From Octopus vulgaris (taxonomy: Eukaryota): a DNA stretch of 64,000 nucleotides. A program made the position numbers and the translations under genes. The stretch covers positions 14,446,001-14,510,000 of the forward strand of contig OX597843.1 in NCBI GenBank assembly GCA_951406725.2. Reading direction: 5' to 3'. The notes beneath the pieces are model-generated. The model was given only the letters and a program-made list of their open reading frames with translations, did not search any database and had not been told where the DNA came from. Positions 26,092 through 40,247 of the stretch are shown piece after piece. Each line of letters opens with the position of its first letter. The first letter of the stretch is position 1.

Positions 26092-26913
26092 AGTCAAGTG
26101 AAATTGTAGTCGTGGCTGATGCCAGGCGTCACAAGGCGTCACATAACTGGCACCTGTGTCAGTGACTTATAAAAAGCACCGTTTGAGTGCCGGGGCCTCG
26201 GAGTGGCAATGTGGCCAATGCTGGTCTTGCGTAACTAGCACCTGTGCCAGTGACACATAAAAGCAACTTTCAGACATTGGGCCACATGGAGGCATTGGGT
26301 CACATGGGGGCATTGGGCCACATGGAGGCATTGCACCACATGGAGGCATTGTACCACATGGAGGCATTGGGCTACATGGAGGCATTGGGCTACATGGGGG
26401 CATTGGGCCACATAGAGGCATTGTGTCACATGGAAGCATTGGGCCACATGGAGGCATTGGACCACATGGAGGCATTGTGGCTGATGCTGGCGTCACATAA
26501 CTGGCACCCAAGCTGCTGGCATATAGAAAGCACCTTTAGAGTGTCAAGGCCTCATGGTGGCAATGTGACCAATGCCGGTCACATAACTAGCACCTGTGCC
26601 AGGGATATGTAAAAAGCACCTTTTGAGCTTTGGGCCTCACAGAGGCAATGACAGATGACTGAGACCTTTGGCAATATGCCATGCTTGAGTAGAAGACCCA
26701 TCAAGCAAAGTGAAATTATAATCGTGGAAGAAACTGGGGTCACACAATTGGCACCTGTGTCAGTAGCACGTAAAAGCACCCATTACACTGTCAGAGTGGT
26801 TGGCATTAGGAAGGGCATCCAGCTGTAGAAACCATGTCAAATCAGACTGGAGTCTGGTGCCCTGGTCAAACCACCCAACCCATGCCTGTATGGACAACAA
26901 CATCAAATGATGA
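26092..26913 (+). mobile_element. RTE 3' ends in tandem with an internal 18-bp minisatellite
   Basis: (ggccacatggaggcattg) x about 11 at 26279-26478; ORF end DLWQYAMLE*KTHQAK* near 26660-26712; standard UTR and tail. Confidence 0.7.
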
Positions 26914-27347
26914 TTTTGTTGCATCTTGGGAGGTACATTATACCAATTATAGACAGACACTGGTCCAATTTCACTTCTTTATTATCAGTTAACTGGTTAA
27001 TTATTTAACCAATTAAACAAACCTGCAGAAGAGCAGGTACATTATTGATGATGAGGTTACCAATGGCAACAAAAGGACACTGTCAAACAACTGATTGTTT
27101 GACCAACTGTTCAAGCAAGCATCTGATTAGTTAAATGGTCAAATAACCAATTGATGAATAAAGTGAAATCAAACCAGTGTGTGTGTGTTTATTATTATTG
27201 GTACAATGACCCTACAGCGAAATTTGTTTCAACACACAAGTTCACACGAAGGACCTTGCAAATCAAATACAAAAATGATCTGAAATATAAAAAAGCTTTA
27301 TTACATTATTATGGTTTATTTAATGATTGTCAATACATGAAGTAGAG

Positions 27348-27886
27348 CAGTGATTCCCAAACATTTTGGGGCTGCCGCTCCCTTGACACCCAGGCCACAT
27401 TCCTAGTGCTGCCACCCCAACTAATCCTCCCAAACACAATAATAATGTTGATAATATTAATAATAATAATATTCTTTACTCTTTTACTTGTTTCAGTCAT
27501 TTGACTGTGGCCATGCTGGAGCACCGCCTTTAGTCGAGCAAATCGACCCCAGGACTTATTCTTTGCAAGCCTAGTACTTATTATATCGGTCTCTTTTTGC
27601 CGAACTGCTAAGTAACGGGGACGTAAACACACCAGCATCGGTTGTCAAGCGATATTGGGTGGGGGGACAAACACATACACACACATAAGTATACATATAT
27701 ATATACATTTGTGAAACAAATTCAAAGCAACTCTATATCACAAATAAAACTTAACCTAATGAACCCATTTTTTTGTTGTTTTTACATGAACAGCTACCCC
27801 TTTATAGCCCCACTTTTCTTTAATGCCCCCTTGGAAATTTCCATCACCTCCCAGTGGGGCAATATCACCCAATTTGGGAACCACTG
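27348..27886. mobile_element. hAT-like MITE interrupted by a SINE A tail
   Basis: Terminal inverted repeats cagtgattcccaaa ... tttgggaaccactg; no clear TSD. Confidence 0.55.
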
Positions 27887-28049
27887 AAGGTTCTCAAATT
27901 GGGATGGATCCTGAGGGAAATAAGGACCAAAGAAGGGGTTGGGAGGAATGGCTGAAGCCTACTGAAGAGGAAGGCCGAGGAGAAGAGGAAAACTGAGAAC
28001 GGTATGTGAAGAACAGTACCATCTCAAGACATGGACACACTGGGCAGTT

Positions 28050-28715
28050 GGCATAGGGGCCTCACTGGTTTTAGGGGTCAATTCTCATCTATGGATGCTG
28101 TAGCTTGCTGTCAATAAATACATACTCTAGGGCCCAATGCTTTGATGTGCCAGAGGTGAGGGAGCAGAGCTTATGAGTCCACGGGCCCTGTCTGATGTTG
28201 CATGCTGTCAAATACTCTAGGGATCAGTGCATTGCTATGCCAGAGGTGGGGGGACTCATGTGTCTAGGGACCCAGTTTTGATGTATGCTTTGGCTTGCAG
28301 TCAAATATTTTAGGGTCCATTGCATTGATTTGCTCAGAGGTAGGGGAGGGTCCCATGGGCTGATGAACCCGATTTTCTCTATGCTGTCGTTTGCAATCAA
28401 TAAATACTCTAGGTTCAGTGTGTTGATATGCAGGAGAAGGAAGAGGGCAAGGGTCTAGTGACCCAATTTTGATCTACATATGCTGTGGTTTACTCTCAGT
28501 CAACACTCTAGGGTCCAGCACATTGATTTGCCAGAAGTGGGGAAGGGGTCACAGGCCAAGGAGCCCAATTCTCATCTATGTATGATGTTTGCTGTTAAAT
28601 ACTTTTGAGTCCAGTGTAGATTTGCTGCAAGGTGAGGGCTCACAGGTCTGGGGGTCCAAACTGGACCTACATACACTGTGGGTCACTTATTTAATAAATG
28701 GTACGGGGCCAAGTG
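28050..28715. repeat. Old degenerate tandem repeat (~90-100-bp unit, about 7 copies)
   Basis: Recurring aatactctaggg..cagtgc.ttgat.tgccagaggtgggg. Confidence 0.75.
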
Positions 28716-28974
28716 GGGGAGACCTATAATGTTACTAAGACAGCCCTGGGTAAGAAGGATCATCTTGGGAGGTTAATGAACCTCACAAACAAGATGACCA
28801 GGGATACCGGAGCAAAGGGTGAGAAACTGTGCTGAGATGACCTGTCCGATTCATGCAGCCATTGAGGGGGGAGACTCCCCCACCACAAAAAAGTCGAACA
28901 GATGTAACCTGATGATGATGAAGTATATACTGCAGTGATGTCATCACACTCAAACACAGACATGACCAACTACC

Positions 28975-29444
28975 TATATACATATACACACATATATATA
29001 CATACATATACATACATATATATATATACATACATATACATACATACATATATATATACATATATATATATATATACATACATATATATATATATACATA
29101 TATATACATACATACATACATAATATATATACATACATATATATATATACATATATATATACATACATATATATATATACATACATACATATATATATAC
29201 ATACATATACATACATATATATATATATACATACATATACATACATACATATATATATACATACATATACATACATAATATATATATATAATATATATAT
29301 AATATATACATAATATATATATATATATATACATACATATATATATATACATATATATTATATATATACATACATAATATATATATATATATACATACAT
29401 ACATATATATATATACATACATACATATATATATACATACATAC

Positions 29445-29481
<37 letters not shown>

Positions 29482-29482
29482 C

Positions 29483-29517
<35 letters not shown>

Positions 29518-29518
29518 C

Positions 29519-29557
<39 letters not shown>

Positions 29558-29622
29558 CACATACATATATATATACACACACACACAAACACATATACAC
29601 ACACACACACACAAACACACAC
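28975..29622. repeat. Long (TA/CATA)n microsatellite
   Basis: Low-complexity tract; source of the spurious Tyr/Ile/Met ORFs. Confidence 0.95.
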
Positions 29623-30086
29623 AATCTGCTGTCAATACACACTGCAGTAAGTTGTTTCCCTGACCCCACACACACATTATTGGTTGGCAAGAAATAAACT
29701 GAAATTGTAGTCTGTCCATTTTCTTTCTTTCTTTTCTCTCTCTCTCACACACACACAATCCATACACATTCATCCACATACAAATACACACACACATGTA
29801 TACACAATACAAACACCAACACACAATATGACACCATACACACACACAAACACAAGAAAAAAGACAGCTACCACACATTCACCAACACACACACACACAC
29901 CATATTCACTAATATACAGAGAACACAAAAGATACCACACACACACACACAAAACACTGAATCGGTTGGCAATAAGTCATACCAATGCTTTCAGTCACAC
30001 ACACCCACACACACACACACACAAAAGAAATAATGTTACTACTATTACTATAACTATTAATAATAATAATAATGTTGATGATGATG

Positions 30087-30121
<35 letters not shown>

Positions 30122-30940
30122 CTTTACTCTTTTACTTGTCTCAGTCATTTGACTGCGACCATGCTGGAGCACTGCCTTTAGTCGAGCAAATCGACCCTAG
30201 GACTCATTCTTTGTAAGCCTAGTACATATTATATCGCCTCTTTTTGCCGAACCGCTAAGTGACGGGAACGTAAACACACCAGCATCGGTTGTCAAGCGAT
30301 ATTGGGGGGACAAACACAGACACACAAACACATATATACATATATATACATATATATGACGGGCTTCTTTCAGTTTCCGTCTACCAAATCCACTCACAAG
30401 GCTTTGGTTGGCCCGAGGCTATAGTAGAAGACACTTGCTGAAGGTACCACGCAGTGGGACTGAACCCGGAACCATGTTGATAATAATAATAATAATGATA
30501 ATGGCTTCAAATTTTGCCACAATTTTGCCACAATTTTGCAGGGAGGGAACAAGTCAATTACATCGACCCCAGTGTCTCAACTGGTACATATTATCAGTGA
30601 CCCTGGAGGGGCCAAAGGCAAAGTCAACCTCGGTGGCATTTGAACTCAGAACGTAAGCGTCTCACAGTGTGCCGCAACGTGCTAACAATTCTTCCAACTT
30701 ACTGTGTAATAATAATAATCCTTTCTACTATAGGCACAAGGCCTGACATTTTGGGGGTGGTGGTTAGTCGATGACATCGACCCCCACCCCTCCAGTGTGT
30801 AACTGGTACTTAATTTATCGACCCTGAAAGGATGAAAGGCAAAGTCGACTTTGGCGGAAATTTGAACTCAGAACGTAACAGCAGCTGAAATACCGCTAAG
30901 CATTTCGCCCGACGTGCTAACGATTCTGCCAGCTCACCAC

Positions 30941-30975
<35 letters not shown>

Positions 30976-31384
30976 TGATAATTATAATAATAATAATAAT
31001 GATGATAATAATGATAATGAAAATAATAATATTAAATTTTGACACAAGGCCAGCAATTTTGGGGAGGACATAAATGGATTGCATTGGCCCCGGTATTCAA
31101 CTGGTACTTAATTTATCGACCCTGAAAGGATGAAAGATAAAGTCGACCTCAGTGGAATTTGAACTCGGAACAAAGACAGACAAAATGCCGCAAAGCATTT
31201 TGCCCAGCATGCTAACAACTCTGCCATCTCACTGCCTGAATAACGAGAACAGATTAACTTGAGACACAAGGTCAAGGTCAACCCCGCACCAAAGAATATG
31301 AGAAGCAAACAAACAAAAAAACAACAAAAAGCAAAATAAAATGTTAAAAATATAACCTCCTCTCTTTCCTCTTTTTCACCATTG

Positions 31385-32090
31385 TAGGCCAATGAGAAAG
31401 CCTCTATATGATTGATTGATGTGCTAGAAATAGCAGTTAAATTACAGGCTATTGTGATAAGGAAGGATTGGTTGGATAATGTAGTCAATGGGATGGCCAC
31501 AGCTGGAACATATTTAATCAAAGGTTTGTTGGATCAGAACTGACATGGAAGTTAAACATGACACCAGCAACATGTAGTCCTAGATGCACTATGCCTGAAC
31601 AAGAGATGGGATGGTCACAGCTGAAACATCTTTGATCATAGGTCTGCTGGATCAGGACTGACCTGGGGCTAAACAACAATGACAAAGAAGGACACATTAA
31701 ATAATGTAGTCCTAGATACACTATGCCAGAATAAAAGACAGGATGGTCACCACTGGAACATCTTTGATCATAGGTTTGCTGGATCAGGACTGACCTGGGG
31801 CTAAACAACAATGACAAAGAAGGACACATTAAATAATGTAGTCCTAGATACACTATGCCAGAATGAAAGACAGGATGGTCACCACTGGAATATCTTTGAT
31901 CATAGGTCTGCTGGATCAGGACTGACCTGGGGCTAAACAATAACAGGGAAGGCCGCATTAGATAATGTAGTCCTAGGTATGCTACAAATGTAAGACAGGA
32001 GAGTCACAGCTGGAACGTCTGATCTAACTGGCCTCAACAACAACGGAATCTCTCTGGTTGTTCAACCTGCTAGAAATAGCAGCAATACCA
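31385..32090 (+). repeat. 132-bp tandem array of a retroposon-like 3' end
   Basis: atgtagtcctag starts at 31572, 31704, 31836 and 31965; units end ctgacctggggctaaacaacaa. Confidence 0.85.
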
Positions 32091-35000
32091 TTAAAACAAA
32101 GGACAAACGAGGCACTAGAGTCCTCCCACTTCTCTAATACTTTAAGCCCTTGTCCCCCAGCAGAAAGATGACCATCACCCCTAACTCCTTCTGGGTTTGT
32201 GGTCCTGCAACCTGCATGGCAACACCAACAGTGCTGGTGCCATGAAAAAAGCACCCAGAATACACTGTGGTGGTTGGCATTAGGAAGGGCATCCAGCCAT
32301 AGAGACCCTACTAAGGGAGACATTGAGGGCACCATGCAATGCAGTCCTTGGTGCCAGGGGACCCTGGGAAACCGCCCGACTCATGGCAGCATGGAACACA
32401 GACTGCAAATGATGATGATGATGAATCAGGATAATAAATTGTCTGTCTGTCTGTCCAGTTGTGGAGGAATGTGGCAGAGGTGGAGGAGGTGACGTGGCTG
32501 ACTTATGGCTCGACAGCAGCAACAGCCGTACTTGAATTACAATGAATGCAAATATTTGTTTTGCGTCGAATATAATCCAGATTAAGCTGTTACTCTGCCA
32601 ATGATGTTATGAAAATTCAATAGGCAGACGGACACACGGACAGACGGACGGACAGGGCAACCGAGACGTTCACATTTGTCACTTCCACCTCTCCTCACCC
32701 CGCGTCTTTTACAATGAATAAAACAAAATATAGTTTTTGTGAAATTCCTCTCTGGGGAAAATGCATTTTAGGGGAGTTTAATCAGGGTGGGTGCATGGGG
32801 GGGATTACAAAGGAGGGGTTTGGACTGTGAGAGAGGGGGGACTTGGGTCGTGATTGCAAGGATACTTGGGACAAGAATGGACTTGGAAGGTAATAAAAGG
32901 GGGCTAACATAAGGAGGGACAACTTGGATTGTGGGAAAAAGGGAGCACTTGGCAGTGAGGGACTTAGATTGCAAGTGGTGGTGATCATGGGGGGATACTT
33001 CAATCGTGGATGAAGTATGATCACAGAAGAGGAAATAAAAAAAAAAAGAACTTAGATCACTGGAGAAAGGGGACTTTGATCCCAAGATAGGGAAACTTAA
33101 ATAGAAAAGGGGAAAACTTTGATAGTGGGACTAGTAAAATTCATTTCTATTCTCCTTTGTTTCAATGTTGGGGCTGCTGTTTGTTTCATCTCTGGAGCTG
33201 TGTGCAGAGAGGTAGACTTTATCCCTGAAAGGGTTTAACACCAACATCAGGCCCTTGGATCCCTTTTGTTGTTACAATCATCCAGGCCAGGTCAAGGGTT
33301 TGAGGATAACATCCTCTCTTTCTTCCACCAGTCATGAAAGCCTTAAAAAAACCAAAAGGCTCACAGGTACTGATCTTTCCCCCACTAAATGGTAAAATAG
33401 AGAAACAAAATATCACAAGTATTTTGATGTTATTTCCTGGGATCTTTTTGGTTTGAATGGCAGTTTTAAAAAATAATTTCCACCAAACTAAACACTTTTA
33501 AACTTCGTATCTTGGTAGAATGTGTTTATAAAACATATTTTACTCTTGGTTTTATTGAGAAAATTCTATAGTTTGTAAGATATTTGTTGTTTTTTTTTTC
33601 TTCAGTTTCTGCAATTTCAACCAATCAATGACGTCTATTGGGTTAAAAAGCATTCTGTGCCATATGAATATGTCCCTCGTTTAAGAAACAGATTGGGTTT
33701 ATTTACATTTGTGAAGGAAAAAAGATACCCTTCCCCCCACCCCTAACCCTAAAACAGATTGAAATGCAATAGGTCGCTACTAGGGTCAAACTGAAAAGAT
33801 CCATTTCCTGTTCTCAGATTAAAAAGCCATACCCTTCAAAATGATAATTGTACAACACATGTCACTAGCTAGGGTACCCATTACCAGGATAGAGAGCACC
33901 CATTACTAAATGTCCTGTGAGAAACAAAAACAAGACACTCCCAAAATATTTCTACTGCAGCTTTGACATAACAGGGCCTTGACTGACTTTTCAGAAACAA
34001 GGTTACTCAAAGTCGGTAAGGGGGTTGACTATCAAGCTTTCCCTTCTTTGAATTGCTTTACTGGATACCCAAACACAAAAGGTATAGAGATACCTTCATG
34101 CAAAATACAGGGGTTTCCACATCTCCTAAACACACACCCCTCCATAGATTATCCTTAATTTCAACCAAAAGGTTTAAAATAGTCATTAAAAAAATAACTT
34201 AGGGGCCACCACATAGTTATAGTGTGCATATATTCTAGATATTCTTTTATTTGTTTCAGTCATTTGACTGTGGCCATGCTGGAGTCGAATAGATCAACCC
34301 CAGGAATTATTCTTTGTAAGCCTAGTACTTATTCTATCAGTCACTTTAGCCGAACTGCTAAGTTACGGGGACATAAACATACCAAATTCTTTATTATTCT
34401 CCAAATTAATTGAAACAAAGGTTTTGTATATCAATAGAAGTAACCTTTTCATAGGATTTAGTTTCCGGATCTTTCCATCATGTTTCTATTAACCCTTTTG
34501 ATACCAGTCAAGCATGGGACCACACCTGCCTGGTTTTATGATAAAAACATTTTATTTTAAAGTGATCTAAATTAAATTAACAGGATATTTGCATGGAAGA
34601 TTTTGTTTCAAACGCCACCTGTATAATGACAAAGATATTTTTACCAAATTCACCAGGTGCAGGAGTGGCTGTGTGGTAAGTAGCTTGCTTACCAACCACA
34701 TGGTTCCGGGTTCAGTCCCACTGCGTGGCACCTTGGGCAAGTGTCTTCTACTATAGCCTCGGGCCGACCAAAGCCTTATGAGTGGATTTGGTTGACGGAA
34801 ACTGAAAGAAGCCCATCGTATGTGTATATGTGTGTATATATATGTATATATATATATATATAATATTATTAGTGAATTGAAGAAATGGAGTTGAACAAAG
34901 ATTGAACAGAAATCGTTTTATTGCATTTTGCTACCAAGGTATCGGTTAAACTTTTGATTAATCTGCAACAAGATTATTCATCTTTCTATTTCACAAAATA

Positions 35001-35428
35001 TATATATATATATATATATATGCGTATGTATATGTTTGTGTGTCTGTGTTTGTCCCCCACAACATCGCTTGACAACCGATGCTGGTGTGTTTACATCCCC
35101 ATAACTTAGCGGTTCAGCAAGAGAAACTGTTAGAATAAGTACTAGGCTTGCAAAGAATAAGTCCTGGGGTCGATTTCCTCGACTAAAAGCGGTGCTCCAG
35201 CATGGCCGCAGTCAAATGACTGAAACAAATAAAAGAATATTCTCAAAATTAGCCTGGTATTTAGTCAATCAGCTTCTTTTGCTAAACTACTAAGTTGCAG
35301 GGATGCAAACAAACCAACACTGGTTGTAAAGCAGTGGTGAGGGACAGACACAAACACACACAGACAACGGGCTTCTTTCAGTTTCCATCTACCAGATCCA
35401 CTCACAAGGCTTTAGTCAGCCTGGAGCT

Positions 35429-35789
35429 TTAACCCTTTAGCATCTAAACCGGCCAAATCCGGCCAAAAGTATTCTGCTTGTTTTATGTTCAAACTGGCCA
35501 GATCTGGTCTCTCACACCAACCCTACAACATTGTCTTAAAAATTAACAGCCACCTTGTTAAAATCTCATAAATACAAGATAATGCAAGATTAGTTCAAAA
35601 TAATGTGGATAAAAAAAGGATTAATTTTGGCAGAAGATTATCATTATTATTATCAACATTACAAAATTTGAGGCCTTGTGTCTCCAAAAGAGAGGATTAT
35701 CATTATTATTATCAACATTACAAAATTTGAGGCCTTGTGCCTCCAAAAGAGAGGATTTGGGCAGAATAATGCGAACACTAAAGGGTTAA
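35429..35789. mobile_element. piggyBac-like MITE inserted in a SINE A copy
   Basis: TTAA-ccctttag...ctaaaggg-TTAA; same family as 23906; contains an internal ~59-bp duplication. Confidence 0.75.
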
Positions 35790-36104
35790 TAGAAGTCACT
35801 TGCCCGCCAGGCGCCAGGGTTGAACCCAGAACCATGTGGTTGGGAATTCATTATTTTCAAAATTAATTGAAACAGAGGCAGTGTATTGAAATACAGAAAT
35901 ATGGTAAGAATAGGGTTACATGGCAATCTGGAAAAATTCAGAAAGAAATTCACCAAAACATGCACATCACAAATATAATCTACAAGAGGAACAGATAAAA
36001 TGTGCGAGCTTTTCTTGAAGTTCAACAAGTAGCTATTCTATCTAAACTCCAGCCATGAAACTTGGCCTTTGTTAGAACCCAGAACCATTTCTGAGACCCC
36101 TTCG

Positions 36105-36432
36105 GTCACGACACAGACCATGGGATTGCACCTAGAAAGTAACCCTCCCAGGCACAAGTCCAGGTAAGGTTGTTTATGGAAGGCCAGCAGTCGCCCATGC
36201 ATCCCGGCCTCCCCTCTCCATGCCACCAGTGTTATCCAAAGGAAAGGCAAAGGGGCCGATACGACTTGGCACTTGTGATGTCGCAACTCATTTCTACAGC
36301 CGAGGGAACTGGAGCAACGTGAAATAAAGCATCTTGCTCAAGAACACAACACACAGCCCAGTCCGGGATTCGAGCTCACAACCTCGCAATTGTAAGCTCC
36401 ACGCTCTAACCACCGAGCCATGCACCTTCACC
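36105..36432 (-). mobile_element. tRNA-SINE family C
   Basis: Minus strand gtgaaggtgcatggctcggtggttagagc...ttcttgagcaagatgctttatttcacgttgctccag. Other copies at about 23075, 24313, 37680, 42108, 48918, 58768, 61534 and 62235. Confidence 0.85.
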
Positions 36433-36715
36433 AGAACCATTTAAATAAGATAATATACATATACTCATACTCACAGGTATTTAAATAGTTTACGTTTATA
36501 TCTAAAGCTATATTCACAATATAACTTTGTGTATTTTGAAACACAACGAAAACGGATTACAAATATATCTGTCTATATATCATCATTTAAGATCCGCCTT
36601 CCATCAAATGCACAGATATATATACATAAATACAGGCACACAAATATATAAATATATACACATTCACATACTTTATGCTTACACAGACACATTTAACTAC
36701 ATACATGCAATTATG

Positions 36716-36754
<39 letters not shown>

Positions 36755-37998
36755 CATTTACATACATTTTGATATACACACACATATATAGAGAGGTGGG
36801 GCGCGAGAGAGAGAGAGAGAGAGAGACATTATACAGCCATTCTTCTAAGGTGTATTTTACAATTATAATGAACAAAGTGACAGAAATAATCAATAGGTGG
36901 CGCCGCTGGCTTATCCGCCTTCACTTCTCATTAGTGACGGTAAAAGCTATTTAGTACTATTAACAAATAAATTTTCATCTCCACCACCACCACCACCGCC
37001 TGCCCTCATACAACCACCTCTGCTACCACCACCTAAACTTGTCCTCACACTCAACCACCATCACTGCTGCCATGACCACCACTGACTAAACCTGCCCTTG
37101 ACACCACCTTTACCCACCACCAGAAAATAGCCAAATCTCCCCCGAGTCACATCCTACACTCCTAGAAGAGGAAGGACAGATTCTTCTTTAGTTCTTTTAC
37201 CCATTTCAGTCGCTGGCCTCTGGGCCATGCTGGAGCACCACCTTGTAAAATTTATTTGTTCAAATCGGCACCAGTACTTATTTTTGAAATATGGCTTTTT
37301 ATCATTCTCTTTTTGCTGAACCACTAGGTTACAGGGGATGTAAACAAACTAACAACAGTTGTAAACAGTGAGAGACAAGTGAACATATACACACAAAAGT
37401 GGGCTTTAGCTAAGTTTCCATCAACCAAATTAGTCAGCCCTGGGTTGTAGAAGGCACTGAACCTGAAGCAAAGTTGGTTGCTAACCAAACCCCTTAACCA
37501 CAAATGTCATGGGCATTTATTTTTACTACTTAGGAAATGAAGGGCAATATCTGAGCCCCTTATATTTTTGCAGGGCCTCTGATACCAGTGGTGAAGAAGG
37601 GAGAAAAACATTTTCAAATTAGGGACCAGGCCTGAAGGCCTCTAACAAAGTGAATCCTTTTAAAACTACCTAAAGACCAGCATGGCTTAGTGGTTAGGGC
37701 ATTCGTCTCACAATCATAAAGTCGTGAGTTCAATTCCTGGCAACACGTTGTGTCCTTGAGCAAGACACTTCATTTCATATTGCTCCAGTCCACTCAGCTG
37801 GCAAAAATGACTTGTACCTGAATTTCAAAGGGCCAGCCTTGTCACACTTTGTGTCATGCTGAACATCCCCAAGAACTGCATTAAGGGTACACGTGTCTGT
37901 GGAGCGCTCAGCCACTTGCACGTGAATTTCATGAGCTAGCCATTCTGTTGATCATATCAGCTGGGACCCTTGTCGTCGTAGCTGGCAGAGTGCTCTCA

Positions 37999-38030
<32 letters not shown>

Positions 38031-39140
38031 ATTAGGGAGTATAGCTCCAAACTTACAGGGAAAAATTAGATTTAGTATTAAATCAAATTTCACAGTATAA
38101 ATATATAAAATATGAATTATCTGATTATATTTATATTTTTGGTTATTTATGTATTAGTTTATGTCAATCACTGTTTGACTTTCCTAATAGTGGTTTTATC
38201 TCTAATTCATATTTTATATATATATAGGCAAGAAGTTGAAAATTATTTTGGCCCATGACACTGCATGGACCCTAAGTAAGGCATGAGTAGAACTGGAATG
38301 AAATCCGTTGGGTAGTTCTCACAGACATAAACGCACATGGGCATGCAGACAGGCATGCACATATACATATACACGTGCAAGCACACATGCAAAGTTAGGC
38401 ATACACATGCATGCAGACATGTAGACGTGCAAGCATATGCGCACACGTGAAAGCATAGGCACATGCACACAAATACACACAATGTGCAAGCATAGACACA
38501 CACACACACACATGCACAAGCATAGACACACACACATATGCGTGCACAGACGTATGTACTCAACCACTTGTAAGGCCTCAGTTTACCAAATGCTACAACC
38601 AAAGTGGGTTGGCCCAAAGTGCCATAGAGAGGGACGGAACCTGAAAGCCCAGAATTGGGGAATCAACTCCTCACACAACCACGCTTCTAGCTTCCACAAA
38701 TTTCTAAAAATATTTCAGCAAAATTCATTTCCTTACAGATGTGTGTGTGTGTGTGTGTGTGTGTGATCTTTTGACGTCCTATATAATGATGATGATGATG
38801 ATGATGATGATTGCTATCGTTTAGGAGCTGGGTGGGGGGTTGGTTGGACACATGCTAAACAAACACTTCAGAGATCTGCTTTCATAAACAAAAACAGCTT
38901 CAAAACACTTGCTGTATGAGGTCACTTGACCTACAAGAAACAACAGCAAATTTTCCAACACAGCTTAACATTTTTAAAACAAAGAACAGGAGACAATGGA
39001 ATCTTAGACACAGGTCTAAAAGTGGGATGGTCATTGTTGGAGTGCCTACAATTACTAGTCTACTCCAGTGGTGCTGACCCGTGGCTAAACAATAGCACCA
39101 CTGGTATTGCCACTACAATCATCATCATCAAAAGTAATTT

Positions 39141-40032
39141 GGGAGACTTCTACATGGTAGCTAGATCTGGTAGAAACAGCAGCCAAATCTCCCTCAAATC
39201 ACACCCTACTCTCTTATGTATGTATATATGTATGTATGGCCAATGAGGGAGACCTCTACATGGTAGCTAGATCTGGTAGAAACAGCAGCCAAATCTCCCT
39301 CAAATCACACCCTACTCTCTTATGTATGTATATATGTATGTATGAGCCAATGAGGGAGACCTCTACATGGTAGCTAGATCTGGTAGAAACAGCAGCCAAA
39401 TCTCCCTCAAATCACACCCTACTCTCTTATGTATGTATATATGTATGTATGAGCCAATGAGGGAGACCTCTGCATGGTGGCTACACCTGTTAGAAATAGC
39501 AGCCAAATCTCCCTCAAATCACACCCTACTCTCTTATGTATGTATATATGTATGTATGAGCCAATGAGGGAGACCTCTACATGGTAGCTAGACCTGGTAG
39601 AAATAGCAGCCAAATCTCCCTCAAATCACACACTACTCTCTTATGTATGTATATATGTATGTATGAGCCAATGAGGGAGACCTCTACATGGTAGCTAGAC
39701 CTGGTAGAAATAGCAGCCAAATCTCCCTCAAATCACACCCTACTCTCTTATGTATGTATATATGTATGTATGAGCCAATGAGGGAGACCTCTACATGGTA
39801 GCTAGACCTGGTAGAAATAGCAGCCAAATCTCCCTCAAATCACACCCTACTCTCTTATGTATGTATATATGTATGTATGAGCCAATGAGGGAGACCTCTA
39901 CATGGTAGCTAGACCTGGTAGAAATAGCAGCCAAATCTCCCTCAAATCACACCCTACTCTCTTATTTATGTATATATGTATGTATGAGCCAATGAGTGAG
40001 ACCTCTAAATGATAGCTACACCTGGTAGAAAT
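39141..40032 (+). repeat. 107-bp tandem array, 8 full units plus a partial unit
   Basis: Units start at 39141, 39247, 39354, 39461, 39568, 39675, 39782, 39889 and 39996. Confidence 0.95.
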
Positions 40033-40033
40033 A

Positions 40034-40247
40034 ACGTTTTCTACTATAGGCACAAGGCCCGAATTTTTGCGGGGGGGAGCCAGTCGATTACTCAACCCCA
40101 GTATGCAACTGGTACTTAATTTATCAACCCTGAAAGGAAGAAAGGCAAAGTCGACCTCAGCGAAATTTGAACTCAAATGTAATGACAGACAAAATACTGC
40201 TAAGCATTTCGCCCGGTATGCTAACGTTTCTGCCAGCTCGCCACCTT
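40034..40247 (-). mobile_element. SINE family B inserted in the last array unit
   Basis: Imperfect TSD cctggtagaaata / ccagggagaaata; the unit resumes with tcagccaaatctccctcaaat. Confidence 0.8.

Noticed and set aside
26167-26612. Periodic PPCGPM / HMEALG ORFs resembling structural or His-rich proteins
   Set aside because: They come from an 18-bp minisatellite inside an RTE 3' UTR, open on both strands, with no splice or gene context.
31518-31958. 146-aa ORF with 44-aa repeats
   Set aside because: It is the antisense translation of the 132-bp tandem repeat.
33740-33752. Telomeric ccctaaccctaa (also ttagggttaggg at about 49988)
   Set aside because: Only two units each; not a telomere array.
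39141-40032. Repeat-spacer-like array
   Set aside because: The whole 107-bp unit is repeated; there are no variable spacers.
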